A stretch of DNA of 63,677 nucleotides, counting the filler, from Asterionella formosa (lineage: Eukaryota), in the NCBI GenBank assembly GCA_002256025.1. It is 21 parts of 21 records of this genome, joined end to end, with 100 filler letters (N's around TTAATTAATTAA, not from the genome) between each part and the next. Parts side by side here need not be neighbours in the genome. Positions count along the whole stretch, not along the records: positions 7,211 to 34,881 come from NKIB01001444.1; 20 more parts are not named here. One strand, given 5' to 3'. Both the position numbers and the translations under genes were made by a program. Positions 22,061 to 34,260 of the stretch are shown one piece after another; position 1 is the first letter of the stretch; each line of letters starts with the position of its first letter. The notes beneath the pieces were generated by a model. It saw only the letters and a list, made by a program, of their open reading frames with translations. It made no database searches and had not been told where the DNA came from.

Positions 22061-23142
22061 GATTAGAAAATGCTTCTCTTGCGTCAAACAGTTGTAACAA
22101 TACCCCAAACTTCTACTTCTCCCTCATTCTGCATTGGCCATAATCTTTTACCTTACACATGTAGTACATACCGGCACTTTCCTGTTGGTCTGATACTGGT
22201 AAATGAAAATCAGCTTGCTTACGGTACCTGGTACTGGTATCAGGTACCTGGTACCAGGTGTATTTTTCTATTGTGTATTTAATAATGATTGGCAATATCG
22301 GACCCATTGCAAAATTCTACCGGTATGTGAAGATAGGAAATTTAGGAAATATATTTTCTATGATGGGCAATAGCGAGCTAAAAAATTGACCTTTAAACTC
22401 GATGAGTAAAACAAAATTGGTTTGTTGAAAATTATTGTGAAAAATTGTCAACTTGCACTTTTTCTTGTGTTATCGAAAGGAAATTTCAGAAAGGTTCTCA
22501 ACAGTCCTGGAGGAGCAGCAACATATTTTTCACTTGAAAGAGAGTAAACTCCAGAATCAATTTCATTGAAATTGTTATCGTCACTCCAAAATAAAAAAGA
22601 AAGTAACAAATTTTAATCAGCGATAGCATGCTTGAGTTCAACTGTACAAATGAATGGCAGGCTTTCCAATACATAGCTGGGTAGTATGGAATGACATGGG
22701 ATGGAATGGAAGGAAACTGTTGAAATTTGATTATGGAAACAAAACCGACAATACGCTGTTGACATAGTTCCTTTGCTCATCACCAGACAACAAACTGGTT
22801 CAACCAGTGAAAAGCGATTTCTTGGCAGTATCAGGAAGAGGAGGAGTAGCAGGAAGGAGTGCTTTCTTCAATGGTCTAGAGCAAAACTATTTATTACTAA
22901 AATTAGTATGATTGACCATGGTGGGAACAAGTCAAACATGACAGCAACAATCAACAAGCACATACCTGTCCACTCTTGCTTGAGAAATACGAGTTGATGG
23001 AGTAGAAAGCTGTTTCTCATCGTGTTCCGTCTACTTCTTTGCTGAGTTTTAGATAGCGCATTGGGATTGACGAAATCTCGTTGTCATTCTAGATGATAAT
23101 ATAAAGTAACACAAGTACCAATGTGAAAAGAAGCAAGGGAAT

Positions 23143-23395
23143 GGCTTACGGTAGTTGGTTGAGCATGTTGCCTTTGATCTGAAGTTGTGTGATTCGATTC
23201 CCGCAATTTTATTGAAGCAATTGATGGGTTCGACTACCACACTCCTGATTGCCGTCCCACACGTTATTGCCTGGTGTGCGAGAAATAGCTAGTGGGTTAG
23301 ACCAGCACAATACAAGCAGCTTGTGCCGCCTTAGTACTAGGCGGTCGGAGTTTCCCCTAATACTTCTGCTATGACAAATAATTTTCGTGAAAGGA
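23143..23395 (+). repeat. tRNA-derived dispersed repeat, copy 1
   Basis: A-box-like GGTAGTTGGTTGAGC and B-box-like GATTCGATTCCC and GGGTTCGACTACC; homologous in reverse to 34015-34260. Confidence 0.55.
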
Positions 23396-24779
23396 AGTTG
23401 GGGACTCACCTAAACTAAACAGGTCTTTTCCACAGGCAGTAAAATGAATACTTGCCTTGAAAAAGGGGAGTAGGAAAGGGCTGGCTGGTATAAAACAGCT
23501 TATCAAGCAATTATTGTGATAAGAAGCAATGAAAACTACTGTTGTACTAGAGCAGCGGGAAAAAGCCAACACATCAGCACTAAAACTTGCTGCCAAGATC
23601 TGATTTGAGATAGTGTAGAACATGTTGAAAAATACTCGAAAATTATAGTTAAAATTTAACAGCTGATCATATTTGATGAAAATACCGGTTCAGTGACGAG
23701 ATGGAAGCCTAACTTTGACCTACCATAACGTTCTTAGTTTTGATACCAAACCACTGATCGAGGTCGCTTTTGAACAATCATTAATTGATCAATCACAATA
23801 TATTAAATCTAGAGAAGAAGGTGACCGGAAAGGCTTTCGGAATTAAACAGAAAGAGGAACAGAAAGTTTGGCGCCACTATGACGAATCAAGCACTATGCA
23901 ATGATATGAATCCCATAAGAATTCGAATTATCCAACAACCAGCCACTTCCATTTGATGAAGCGTCGGTACTTGAGACATCAATGGACAGAGTTTGTATAC
24001 TTTGGAGTATGCTGGAAGATAGCAGGGATGTACTAGATGGTGGAATTGCCATCAACATTTTACAGAAAACCATCATTTCGTGCCTTCAAATAGACTAGCT
24101 TATCCAACTCTCGTCTCTAAACCATGGAAATTGGATGATCAATGAGTGGAAAGTATCACTCCTGCTGATTTTTTCATTGACAGCAAGGGAATATTGATAA
24201 TCATAAAAGACATTCAACAGGTTCCACATTCACACGCCTACGCAGTACCAAGTTTAAGTTATGGTGTTGCTACGGACAGTATAATTCATGTTCTTAGAGG
24301 ATGAATTTGCCAATCTAACTGTTCAAAGAAAAAAGGGATAGAACATCCCAGCAATGAGTTTGAAAGCACGTCCAAATAAGTGGTGCAAATCTCTTTTAGA
24401 ATTTTCAAAAGCAAGTAAGTTCCAATACAGAATCGGCACAAGCAACTCTTGCTGTAAGACGAGAGAAGTAGCTAATGAAGTTTACAAGTATGAACCGCGA
24501 AAAGTTAAAGGAATCTCGGGCTGAAGTAGCAAACAATGAAGTGTCAAAAAATGTGAGGGTAAAGAGTATCAAGAGAATGTCAGTTTTGTTGAATTTTTTG
24601 AAGCCAAACTTTTTGAAGCAATTGATGCACTGAAAAAGAATTCTGTAGCTCTCATGCATCCAGACAGTTGAAGATGATCCTAATCATAATTAGTATATTT
24701 CTACTTTTATTTGTTATTGCCTTTTAATCAAATTTCTTCCAGTTATTTTTTGTCTGTATGCTACATTTATCCTATTTCA

Positions 24780-26020
24780 GTCAGTTCGCTTCATCGGCGC
24801 AACACATTAACTGGAGGCCACCTAAACCCATTGTTAGTGACAACATAAAGAGGAAGTACCTTGTACTACATCCAAATTTCTGACAGTTGGCTGGAAGATC
24901 AGCCCACCCAAGAGGACGAGCATTGGGCATTGAATCAACAACAAGCTCCAACTAACCAGACATTCAAAACCATTAGCAAGTTGTTCCTTCCTTTTATCAT
25001 AATCCATGAGTAGGTAAAAATTTGAAAGCCGGCACAAGCAGAAAGAATAGCAACTGATTTCCTCGGGCTGAAGGACCAGGATTTCCTCAGCATTATCCAT
25101 TTATTGGTGAGCAACCCAAGCTTCACCTCAATTCTAATGTGTAGTTGTGAAAGGAAATAGTTCTATGCATCTTTGTTTGTTGATTTCCTTTGATCACCAA
25201 CAAAGGGACAGAGGACTTGATCAGCCAATGTGTAAGCAGCATCACCTACTATGTACTAGTGCTGTCCTGGAAAAAGGTTGGATACAATCTGGAAAACTGT
25301 GTTCTTTCAAATATTTTCTGATCTGGACATTTTCCTTCTTGTGCCACAATACCAAAGTATTGGAAACAACAATTACTACTGTCGCAAACAGTTTGAACAT
25401 TCAATCCATACAACATATAATGCTCAGAACAATATGCTTGAGGGAAGCTGTCACAATCCTTTTTTCTTGGTTTGGCAATAGACTGTAAAAACCCATCTAG
25501 TCATAGCACCTATGCATCCCAAAAATAGGTGCTGCTCGCTTTTTCTCGAGTAATCCATTCATCACTGCTTGTTTCTCTTCCTAGCTATGCTACAGGGAAT
25601 TTAGCTAATAATACTGTGCAGGAGTTCACTGCATCAAGGAATGTTTCATTGATCACATAAACAAATGGATAAGAAACTCCATAGATGTGATGAATGTCTA
25701 TGGTGAAGAGGTTTCCACATGCAAGCCAGCAAAGGCCAATGGCAAGGATAGACTTGGGATAAAAATGCTGATTTATGCTATATAAACCGGAACATGCATT
25801 CGATTTGACAGCATCAGTTGTGATGGAAGGTCGAAGTAGTTCCAGTAAGTGATTGAAAGCTTGAAGAGACACGTGATGATATTCACGATAAAACCTATTC
25901 TCATGAAGAAGCTTTGTGACATGATCATTCCAGTCAAGTCATTGATACTCTGATTTCGCTGATTGCACTGGCTTTCAGTTTCGTCCATAGGACTCCAAAA
26001 ATGATAATGCAACTGCTGTT
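24780..26020 (-). pseudogene. Decayed Harbinger transposase
   Basis: Fragments MSLQAFNHLLELLRPSIT, LAIGLCWLACG, FLDAVNSC and GCIGA parallel the intact transposase at 701; many stops and frameshifts. Confidence 0.75.
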
Positions 26021-27726
26021 AGTAACATAAAGCTCGTCTGTTGTTCCACTTGTACTTCCTGTTCTAAATCAAGATTGTCAATGACAGGAGCCCAACTGGT
26101 GTCAGACTCTTTTGGTCGATTTGTTATTTTCATCACATGGCTGTTTGCAGAGACACAAGAAAAACGGCTTACTGTTTTGCCATTACTGAGGTATATTTGT
26201 GACATGTATCTCTGTAAAGATTCACTTTTTTCTGAAGATAAAAAATAATTTGCATCTCTGTTAAGATTGCCCTGATGCACTGAGGTTCTCGAGCAGGGCT
26301 CACTCCAGCCAGATTTTCTCCTGGTTGTGTCTTGTTCTTGCTTTGTTAAAGTATTACCTTTATTGGATAGATCTATATTGTTAGACGTAGAAGACTATAG
26401 ATAGAGACATTCGTTTATCTTTCCGTTTCTATATTCTTATTGTGAGTTTACTAAACTAGTTTAGGTTGTTCGGTTTGAATAAACAAACGAACTATTCTCC
26501 AAATACTGTTTGCATTTCTAGAAACATACAATCATAGATAGACCCATGTCTATCTCACACTCACTGATCATAGGTTTATAACCATTGATCAATCATTTCA
26601 AACTATTGGTCTTTGGAAATAGCTTATAGTGTCCAGTTCATTATAGATGGAGTAACAACATAAAATGTGTGGTTGATGAGAGCTTGGTACGTCAAAGTTG
26701 ACTCATTCGAATCATTTGACTCGTTTGACTCCGAGTCATTATTACGTAGATGAGCTCGCTTTTAACATTGCTTGTGGTTGCTTTTCTCGTCAGGCTATGG
26801 ATGGTGCTGGGGGTTGGCGGGAAGACAGATGAACAACGCACCGTAGGGTATACCGTACGTACAGTATCTGGTGGTCCGAGTAGCAAACACTTTCATCGAT
26901 GATCCGAGGAACGCTTGGTCAACAGGCACCACGACACCAAACGAGTTGGCAGCAATCATGTGGCTCGTCGACGTACGTATTGTTATGAATGAATATACCC
27001 GTAATAAGTACAGGTATTCTATTTACAACGTAATTACAAATCGGGGGTGGTATCTGTTCAAAGCATGACATGGATTTATTTCACATCACTATGGGGAGGT
27101 CAGAAGTTTGTACTTACTGCTACGCACGCCGCCCCTGGCTGCCCAACGCTTACTGCATGCATACCACTTCCGTTCAACCCCCGCAAGCCTGCCGCTACTG
27201 TGTGCTCTTCCTTATTCCTGCCTGTCATTCAGTTATTCGACAGCAGCAGTGGCCAGCGTTAACAGCCGCAAGTATATATGTATCGTAAGTAATACAATAA
27301 CTAGAATTGTGGTTCAGTGAAATCGATCCATCGAAGCAAACAGTAAAAGAATAAAGGCTCTAAAGTTCAGCATCTCGTGTTGACTGAATGAAACCCAATC
27401 ATACATGATGTGCGTATATGTAGATCAAGGACCTTACTGCTTAATGTGATCATTCCGCAGCACTCTTGACCCTTTATTGTATTGAGACGAGGCGCTGATG
27501 TGTTTGGGGCAATTTGATTGGACCAACCATCTGGAGCGATGACTCGTGAAACAGTACACCGGATTGAACTGCTGTTACTGCTGCTTATCTCAAGGATTGC
27601 TGCCAGTGTGTAGGGTAGATGGATCGATGGATCTATATAGGTGATGGAAGAACTCTGCGGAAATGTTGTTACCGGTACTCACATTTGTCCTACTTTGTCA
27701 AATTCACAATAGAGCAAGCGAGGACC

Positions 27727-28854
27727 ATGTCGTCAGACGGAGAAGATGGCCCTCGAAGACCACCGGAGCATCTCTACATGCAGCCGCTTCACCACGATAA
27801 AGGCCTTGAACCTCATGCATATCATCATCATCATCATCATCATCCGGCAGCTCGCTACCCACGCTATTCACATGGAGAACACGAGCACCCTCCCATGGGC
27901 CCACCACCACCGGAACAACTCATCGTGCGACCTCACTCATATGATCACGCAGAACATGCTCAGTCCATGGGACCTATTATCACCCGTCATTATCGTTCGT
28001 CTGTAACTTCGCCTTTGCCACTGACGGACCGAAACTCACCGCAACAACTAGACCGAGAGGGACCGTCGGGTCCATACCCTCCTCCTTATGGATATGGTCC
28101 ATCTATGGGACCACCCCCTCCATATGGGTATTATGGAGGGGCTTATTATCCTCCCGGTTACCCTCCGCCCCCGCAATACTCTCCTTATCCTCCTTATGGT
28201 TATCCTCCAGTAGCATATCCTAGTCAACAAGCTAAGGAGGCATCGGCACTACAACCTGGGCGAACCAAATCTGCAGCTCAAACCAAAACTCAACCTCCTG
28301 ACAGAAGTCCATCTTCCATGTTCAAAGTCCCGATAAATCCATACATTCAACAAGACATGGAACTCGAACGTATCCGTTCTCAGACAGAAATTAAAGTCGC
28401 ACCCATTCGGACCGACTTTCATTTCTTTGTTGACGATGTGGACGAGTCTGTCCGAGAAGAGGCAGAAAATGAGTGTGGCGAACAGCACAAGGAGGACTTG
28501 TTTTTACTGTATTCCAACATGAATGCTCGATTGATTCAAAAATTAAAAGTGTTACCCAGGGCACGTCGTGCGGTTTACATGGCCAAGGAAGAACAAGATC
28601 GACTTCGATTTCAGAATGATGACGAGATTGCTAGTCGGCATTGTGCAACGTTGACAGCGCGAGCCAAGAGTCCGCGAGATGATGATGAGACTGATATTAC
28701 ACCTACTGCGAGTGCGTCGTTTGGGGACGATGATGTTTCTAATAAGAAGCGAATCTCACCAACAGACGAGGAAATGGAATCTCCACCAAAGAGGAATAAG
28801 CAAGATGAGGAGGCCGACAATGAGTCACTGGAAGGAGAGAAGAAGGCGGAGTAG
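27727..28854 (+). CDS. Pro/His-rich nuclear protein with a degenerate HMG-box-like domain
   Basis: PIRTDFHFFV...ARLIQKLKVL...RAVYMAKEEQDRLRF resembles an HMG box; acidic/basic tail; likely start MSSDG at 27727. Confidence 0.6.
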   Translation: MSSDGEDGPRRPPEHLYMQPLHHDKGLEPHAYHHHHHHHPAARYPRYSHGEHEHPPMGPPPPEQLIVRPHSYDHAEHAQSMGPIITRHYRSSVTSPLPLTDRNSPQQLDREGPSGPYPPPYGYGPSMGPPPPYGYYGGAYYPPGYPPPPQYSPYPPYGYPPVAYPSQQAKEASALQPGRTKSAAQTKTQPPDRSPSSMFKVPINPYIQQDMELERIRSQTEIKVAPIRTDFHFFVDDVDESVREEAENECGEQHKEDLFLLYSNMNARLIQKLKVLPRARRAVYMAKEEQDRLRFQNDDEIASRHCATLTARAKSPRDDDETDITPTASASFGDDDVSNKKRISPTDEEMESPPKRNKQDEEADNESLEGEKKAE

Positions 28855-29280
28855 TCCTCTTGGATGTAGGTGACTAGACCAGGGAAAAAGGAGGGGAAAC
28901 GATATGAATGGGGAATGGATGGGCAAACCAGAAGAAAAGTGAATAGAGTGTGGAACTCTCGACGATCGAATATGGCAAAATAATGGACAAGAATGAATCG
29001 GGGAGACTAGAGATGGAATATATTGAGGGAACAAGGATCAAGGGAAACAAAATTAAAAAATATGAATTTAGTCGGGGAGACTGAATCTGGAATATACAGC
29101 TTGGAAGTGGGTTAGCAGGAACACTTGCCAAGCGCTATTTGCAATGTATGTGGTCGTCGTCAGATCAGCACAGTGAATTTTTCTATAAAGCATATATATT
29201 GTTGCGAGGTGGGGTACTGAACGACTACTGTATAAATAATCCAAACCCGAAATGCTTTCTTTTGAAGCTAATCCTATTAT

Positions 29281-30153
29281 TCATTCCTCTTCATTCCATA
29301 TCTTTCCACAAACATTGCATTGGTATCTCATGACAACATTTGGTCCATCCTTTACTCCCCATGTTTCCCCCTTGCTCATTTCGTTATTTCGGTTTGTAAT
29401 ATTTCCAGTCGAAGTCACGTCCTTTGTGGACCCACATGTACATATGGACGTTGCATGATGCGATTCCTCCATTGTTGGTTTTATACTTTTCTGTGTATCG
29501 TCCATGGCCATATTCCAGATGGATTTTTTAGAACCCTTTCGTCGTCTATATGGATTCCCATAGCCGTCGTCGATGATAGAAGAAGTAGCAGTGGTAGGTG
29601 GTGGTGGAGCCGTTGCTGTTGTTTGAGCTAGTTGTCGTTGTGTCTTTTGAAACCGTTCTGGTAATTGAATTGGTTTAAAAAATCCACCTGCATCTTTATC
29701 ATGTAACTTTTGCTGTTGTTGTAGTTGTAGTTGTAGTTGCTGTTTTGTGGCTTTTGGTACTGATGATGATGGCTGGTTCTTTCGTTTTCCTCGCAATGAA
29801 TTAATAATTCCCAAAGGATTCTTATTTTGAATTGAAAATGTTCGTGCTGATTCTTCTGCAAATTCTTGTTGTAATTCAATAAAGGCTTCTGAGAATAATG
29901 TTTGAATATCATCATCAGGAGCGAATGACTTGACAACTACTTGTTGTTGTGGTTCTCTAACGGCACGGCTCGTGTAGTAATGTAACCAACAAAGGGGAGT
30001 CTTGACAAGTCTTCGACCCATTGGAAGGCCAACGACGACATTGGAAAGTGATGTTTGACACATGGAACAAAGTTCCGTAGTTGTTGGTGTTGTTGACGTT
30101 CTTTGACGTTTAGAACCAGCAGAATAAGGAAGGGTATTACCGGTTTTAGGCAT
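29281..30153 (-). CDS. Hypothetical protein with C-terminal TFIIS-type zinc ribbon
   Basis: CTCGS...KGETWG...MRYQCNVCGKIW at the C-terminus; additional CxxC...CxxH near the N-terminus. Confidence 0.7.
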   Translation of the reverse strand: MPKTGNTLPYSAGSKRQRTSTTPTTTELCSMCQTSLSNVVVGLPMGRRLVKTPLCWLHYYTSRAVREPQQQVVVKSFAPDDDIQTLFSEAFIELQQEFAEESARTFSIQNKNPLGIINSLRGKRKNQPSSSVPKATKQQLQLQLQQQQKLHDKDAGGFFKPIQLPERFQKTQRQLAQTTATAPPPPTTATSSIIDDGYGNPYRRRKGSKKSIWNMAMDDTQKSIKPTMEESHHATSICTCGSTKDVTSTGNITNRNNEMSKGETWGVKDGPNVVMRYQCNVCGKIWNEEE

Positions 30154-30504
30154 GATGAATGAAAGTTTGTAATGTCGAATGAGGATGGTCTTTGCACTGT
30201 GTCAGGGGTCTGAATGTAACAAAATGTGAATAGTAACAATTATAATAATACTAAGAATAGAATAAAAACACCGGTGCACAAAGAAGTCCATTTATTTAAT
30301 GTATTGTATGTTATTTCTTAATAATTTATCCAAGACAGCTGTGCTGTAGTAAATAAATAAAAACGGACGACCCGATCATCCGCTGTAAGAATAATCACAC
30401 CGTAGCCATTGTTATTGTTGGCAACGACTGTAACTGTGTGGCACACACACCTCTCCTTCAGTTCTGTTCATGCTCTACGGATACATTCGTTCTCATGATA
30501 GGTC

Positions 30505-31899
30505 ATGATGGCACATGCTTCAACGGTTACCTCTACCTGCATATCCCTTGATGACTTGTCCCCTCTGCTTCTGTCGAAAGAGATTCCATCAACTACCAGC
30601 AGCAGCGCATGTCTGCAGGATGATACCCTCAATACAACACTCATTGGCCCCGTCAAGGTTCTAATGTCGGGACTGCACGGAAGGGGTCTCTTTGCCACCA
30701 GGAATATTGAAGCTGGTGAATGCCTCTTTTGTACACCTCCCACAGTGTCAGCACCAATGACCAATGTATTGAGAACGTACCAGTCCAATCCTCAGCTTGG
30801 ATTACAACACATTGCTGAAACGATATTGATCAAACATATGAAACGGGTATTGAAGAAGAACACCATCGTCGCTGCCAGTATCATGGCTTTGACTGCAAAC
30901 GAGACGACCATTCCTGATATTGACAATGATGTTATTCTGCAAATGTTGATTGCCAAGGCATCTCCATTGACCACTGCTACTGCTACTGCTACTGCTACTG
31001 CTACTGTCAAGGATGAAGACTTGCTCCAGATTATTCGACGCAACGCCTTCGGACCTGATTTCTATTCCTACAACAAGATGCAAGACACGATTTCACACAT
31101 TACATTTCACCGTATCTTGGGCCTATATCCACTTGCGGCTATGTTGAATCATTCCTGCACACCCAATGCTGTCAGAGTCTTTTGTGGGGAACATATGCTT
31201 GTCCATGCAACACACAATGTCAAGGAAGGAGAAGAATTGCTGTGGAGTTACATTCCTCCGACAAGTGGATACCAAGACAGACAACATTCCATACACAAAT
31301 TTGGTTTCACATGTACTTGTACAAGATGTACCATTGAAAAATCTATTCCATGGTTAGCAACACTTGATACTACTAAATTTCAATCATTGTACAATCAATC
31401 GAACCAACAATTCATCTCTGCTACGATACTAGAACCAATCATTCAGCAACTGGAACATTTGCTTACTACCTTGACCAATGAAGAACAGCGACGATATGTA
31501 CGAGTTGGATTCATGAATCTATACTTGAATTACTACAATGCATCATTGCTGCACAGCAACAATTCAATAGACGATGAGTCCATACAAAAAATCCGGGTGC
31601 TAAATGTATTGAAATCTGCAACTCAATTGCATTTCGCATGTTGTGTCTGTTGTCATGCCAGTACCGAACATTTAAGTATTCTACACTTGTGCTATGACTT
31701 GGTAGTGGGATGGTCGAATACTAATGACAACAATCAAAAGCAAATAAAGTTTTGGACGGACCAACTCAAACGTGCTCACATGGTGCGTTACGGGAAATTA
31801 GGTAACAATTTGGAAGCACTGAGGTCGTGCATGGTTCATACAAAATTAGTTTTGAGAAACTTGAATGGGTTAGAAAAGAGTGAGTATGCTTTTCTATAG
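30505..31899 (+). CDS. SET-domain (SMYD-like) lysine methyltransferase
   Basis: HGRGLFATRNIEAGE, LYPLAAMLNHSCTPNA, GEELLWSYI, post-SET FTCTCTRC; internal (GCTACT)n gives an Ala-Thr run. Confidence 0.9.
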   Translation: MMAHASTVTSTCISLDDLSPLLLSKEIPSTTSSSACLQDDTLNTTLIGPVKVLMSGLHGRGLFATRNIEAGECLFCTPPTVSAPMTNVLRTYQSNPQLGLQHIAETILIKHMKRVLKKNTIVAASIMALTANETTIPDIDNDVILQMLIAKASPLTTATATATATATVKDEDLLQIIRRNAFGPDFYSYNKMQDTISHITFHRILGLYPLAAMLNHSCTPNAVRVFCGEHMLVHATHNVKEGEELLWSYIPPTSGYQDRQHSIHKFGFTCTCTRCTIEKSIPWLATLDTTKFQSLYNQSNQQFISATILEPIIQQLEHLLTTLTNEEQRRYVRVGFMNLYLNYYNASLLHSNNSIDDESIQKIRVLNVLKSATQLHFACCVCCHASTEHLSILHLCYDLVVGWSNTNDNNQKQIKFWTDQLKRAHMVRYGKLGNNLEALRSCMVHTKLVLRNLNGLEKSEYAFL

Positions 31900-32035
31900 A
31901 GTAATAATAATACCATAAACAACAAACTAGTACACATTCGTATTTACTTAATAATAAAGTTACAGGCTACTACTATATAGAGATAGAGTCATAGAATGGA
32001 TGTTTTACTTTTATTAGTTACTAATAATTATGTCC

Positions 32036-33001
32036 TTAACTTGTTTTTGTCATTTTACGCATTTGAAAGCCAGATGTATCATGAGTATTCACTGGAGGAG
32101 CCATTCTCTGCCATTTAGGTTTTCGTCGATTGGCACGTCGGCGTTCGGAATTCAAGGCGTGTTTGTGGGCAGTACTGGTAGCAGCATCGCCACCAACACC
32201 ATTCTGGACGCGTCGTTCGGCAGCTGCTTGTTGTTTTCGCTGTTGATCTTGTCGTCGCATTCGTTCTTCTGGAGTTAATGTGCTCCAATCGACCTTTCGC
32301 TTTTTGCCTTTTGGTTCGGGTTCTGGTGGTGTAACTGCTATTACTGATGGCTTTTCTGCTTCGGCCAATTTGAGGGCTTCTTCTTGAATGGCAGCAAGTG
32401 CCGAAGGGCCCTCGCGTTCCAACTGACGGGTTAGTTTCCTACGATTCTTAGAGTTGAGACTCTGAATGAGTTTTTTGATTTCTTCTTCGTCAATGAAATT
32501 GCTGCCTCCAACTGATACTGGTTCAGCATTCACATTATCCGTAACTTCGGTACTCTCAGCAAGGGCAGCAGCGTGAGGTGTGGCTGCTTGCTTATCCGAA
32601 CATTTGAATTTTTCAATTTTCACTTTTTTGGCTGGAGAGGGTAGAATTTCCTTTACTTCTGGACGGTCGTCGTCGTCATCGTCGCTTTCAGACGATTCTG
32701 ATTCTAAATCTCCCTGTTGTGACTGTTGTTCTTCCACCTTTGCAGTTTCTCCCTTCCCGTCATTCGTTTCTGTTACAGCAATCACTAATGGTCGATCATT
32801 ATCATCACAGTGCACCACTTCATCTGTTCCATCCATTCGTTCCTCGTATCTCTTAATCATTCGACGCTGTTTGGCATTCAGAGTAGTAGGATCTTTCGTC
32901 AATAGATCCAAGGCAACCTTGTCAGCCTCACTGATTAATGCAAGTTTGGCAGCTTCTTCAGCCGTGACGGCCTTTTTTGTTCGTTTGGCAAATAACTTCA
33001 T
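32036..33001 (-). CDS. Hypothetical basic/acidic low-complexity (possibly nucleolar) protein
   Basis: 321-aa ORF with repeated LNAKQRR/LNSKNRR/LNSERRR motifs and NLS-like KGKKRK. Confidence 0.7.
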   Translation of the reverse strand: MKLFAKRTKKAVTAEEAAKLALISEADKVALDLLTKDPTTLNAKQRRMIKRYEERMDGTDEVVHCDDNDRPLVIAVTETNDGKGETAKVEEQQSQQGDLESESSESDDDDDDRPEVKEILPSPAKKVKIEKFKCSDKQAATPHAAALAESTEVTDNVNAEPVSVGGSNFIDEEEIKKLIQSLNSKNRRKLTRQLEREGPSALAAIQEEALKLAEAEKPSVIAVTPPEPEPKGKKRKVDWSTLTPEERMRRQDQQRKQQAAAERRVQNGVGGDAATSTAHKHALNSERRRANRRKPKWQRMAPPVNTHDTSGFQMRKMTKTS

Positions 33002-33396
33002 AATGATGATGAAACACAGTCGATTCTCCTGTTAATTTATGATATTTATTCTTGATATGTTACTCTCTCGCTAGAGCCACACTCAATCGTCGTGTTTCTT
33101 TCGAAAAATGATTGGGACGCTTTGTTTATTCGTTTTTTGTTCGGAGTCGTTGCTGGATAGTACATATAATTTTTTTGTATTACGACCAAGCCAAGAATCG
33201 TTCTGATGATCACATGCACCGCGGTGTACCGGTATTTATTTTGTTTTATTTGTTGGCTGTGGCTGATCGTACATACGTACGTACCGGTATATTCATTCAG
33301 CTGAGACCACAGCCATTCGGGCATCCATGCATGGGTCTTGATCAGAACCATTTTCTGGCCATATGATACGGTAAGCGGTGGGGTGCCAGATACCAG

Positions 33397-33484
33397 CAAG
33401 TTGCGGTCATTTTGCTTAAACTAACATTTCAATCTAGGATAAAAATAGCTAAATCTTTAGTTTCAGCAAAATTACCGCAACTTG
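33397..33484. mobile_element. 88-bp MITE, TIR CAAGTTGCGGT, CAG target duplication
   Basis: cag|CAAGTTGCGGTCATTTTGCT...AGCAAAATTACCGCAACTTG|cag. Confidence 0.85.
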
Positions 33485-33727
33485 CAGGTGCCTGGTACCG
33501 GGGTGTTGCGAAGTCACACTTAGTATCAGCTACATATTCATCACCGAATATTTTTATGATGTGTTATGCTCCTGCAAGGAGAAACAAAGTCGTCGAGAAG
33601 AAATTTCATAGTGGAATAAGGGACATTGACTGGCTGAACAGAATCAAGCTCATATCCTTTCAATCCCCTTCTATGCAATCAAGAAAGTGTCAAAGCTAAA
33701 ATACCGTAGCTCCTTTCCAGCATGTAC

Positions 33728-33985
33728 GGGGGGACCTAATAGACCCCCCCATCATAGCAACATTCAGAAATTATTTTTTCTGAAAATCATTCTGTAAAAT
33801 TTCATTCTGAAAGGAATGTGACACTGGCAGGCATTCAAAAATTTGAGTCCTCCGGTGATGATATTAATTCAACATTTAAAATTTCTAATGGTTTTGTGCT
33901 GGCCCATTCATTTCAAGTTTATCAAAATGCATTTTTACAGAATTTTTTCTGGAAAAAAACCAATTTCTCGAATTCCCCCCCCCCC
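33728..33985. repeat. Imperfect palindromic (MITE-like) segment
   Basis: TTTTTTCTGAAAATCATTCTGTAAAATTTCATT (~33774) is inverted as AATGCATTTTTACAGAATTTTTTCTGGAAAAAAA (~33926); G-run and C-run at the ends. Confidence 0.45.
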
Positions 33986-34014
33986 AATCTCAGTTCTGAG
34001 TGTCAAAATTTCAC

Positions 34015-34260
34015 ATTTTGCGAAAGCTGTTCGTCTTAGGAGCTTTAGGGGAAACTCGTCCGAACGCCTGCTAGGAAGGCGGCACAAGCTGCTTGTAGTG
34101 GGGCAACCCTCTATTTCTTGGACACCAGGCAAGACTATATCTATATGGGAAGGTAAGGAGTGTGGGAGTCGAACCCAACAATCGCTTCTTAAAAAATTGC
34201 GGGAATCGAAACTCAGAACTCCAGATTAAAGGCAAGGTGCTATGCCCTACTACGGTTGTC
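34015..34260 (-). repeat. tRNA-derived dispersed repeat, copy 2
   Basis: Reverse strand GACAACCGTAGTAGGGCATAGCACC...GTTTCGATTCCCGCA...GGGTTCGACTCCCAC...AAGCAGCTTGTGCCGCCTT, shared with 23143-23395. Confidence 0.55.

Noticed and set aside
23143..23215. Functional tRNA gene
   Set aside because: I cannot fold a convincing acceptor or anticodon stem, so it is treated as a tRNA-derived repeat only.
33843..34229. ORFs 33843-34229 and 23209-23409 sharing RGNS..RRHKLLV as a protein family
   Set aside because: Similarity comes from the antisense strand of the tRNA-derived repeat; the frames are not conserved throughout.
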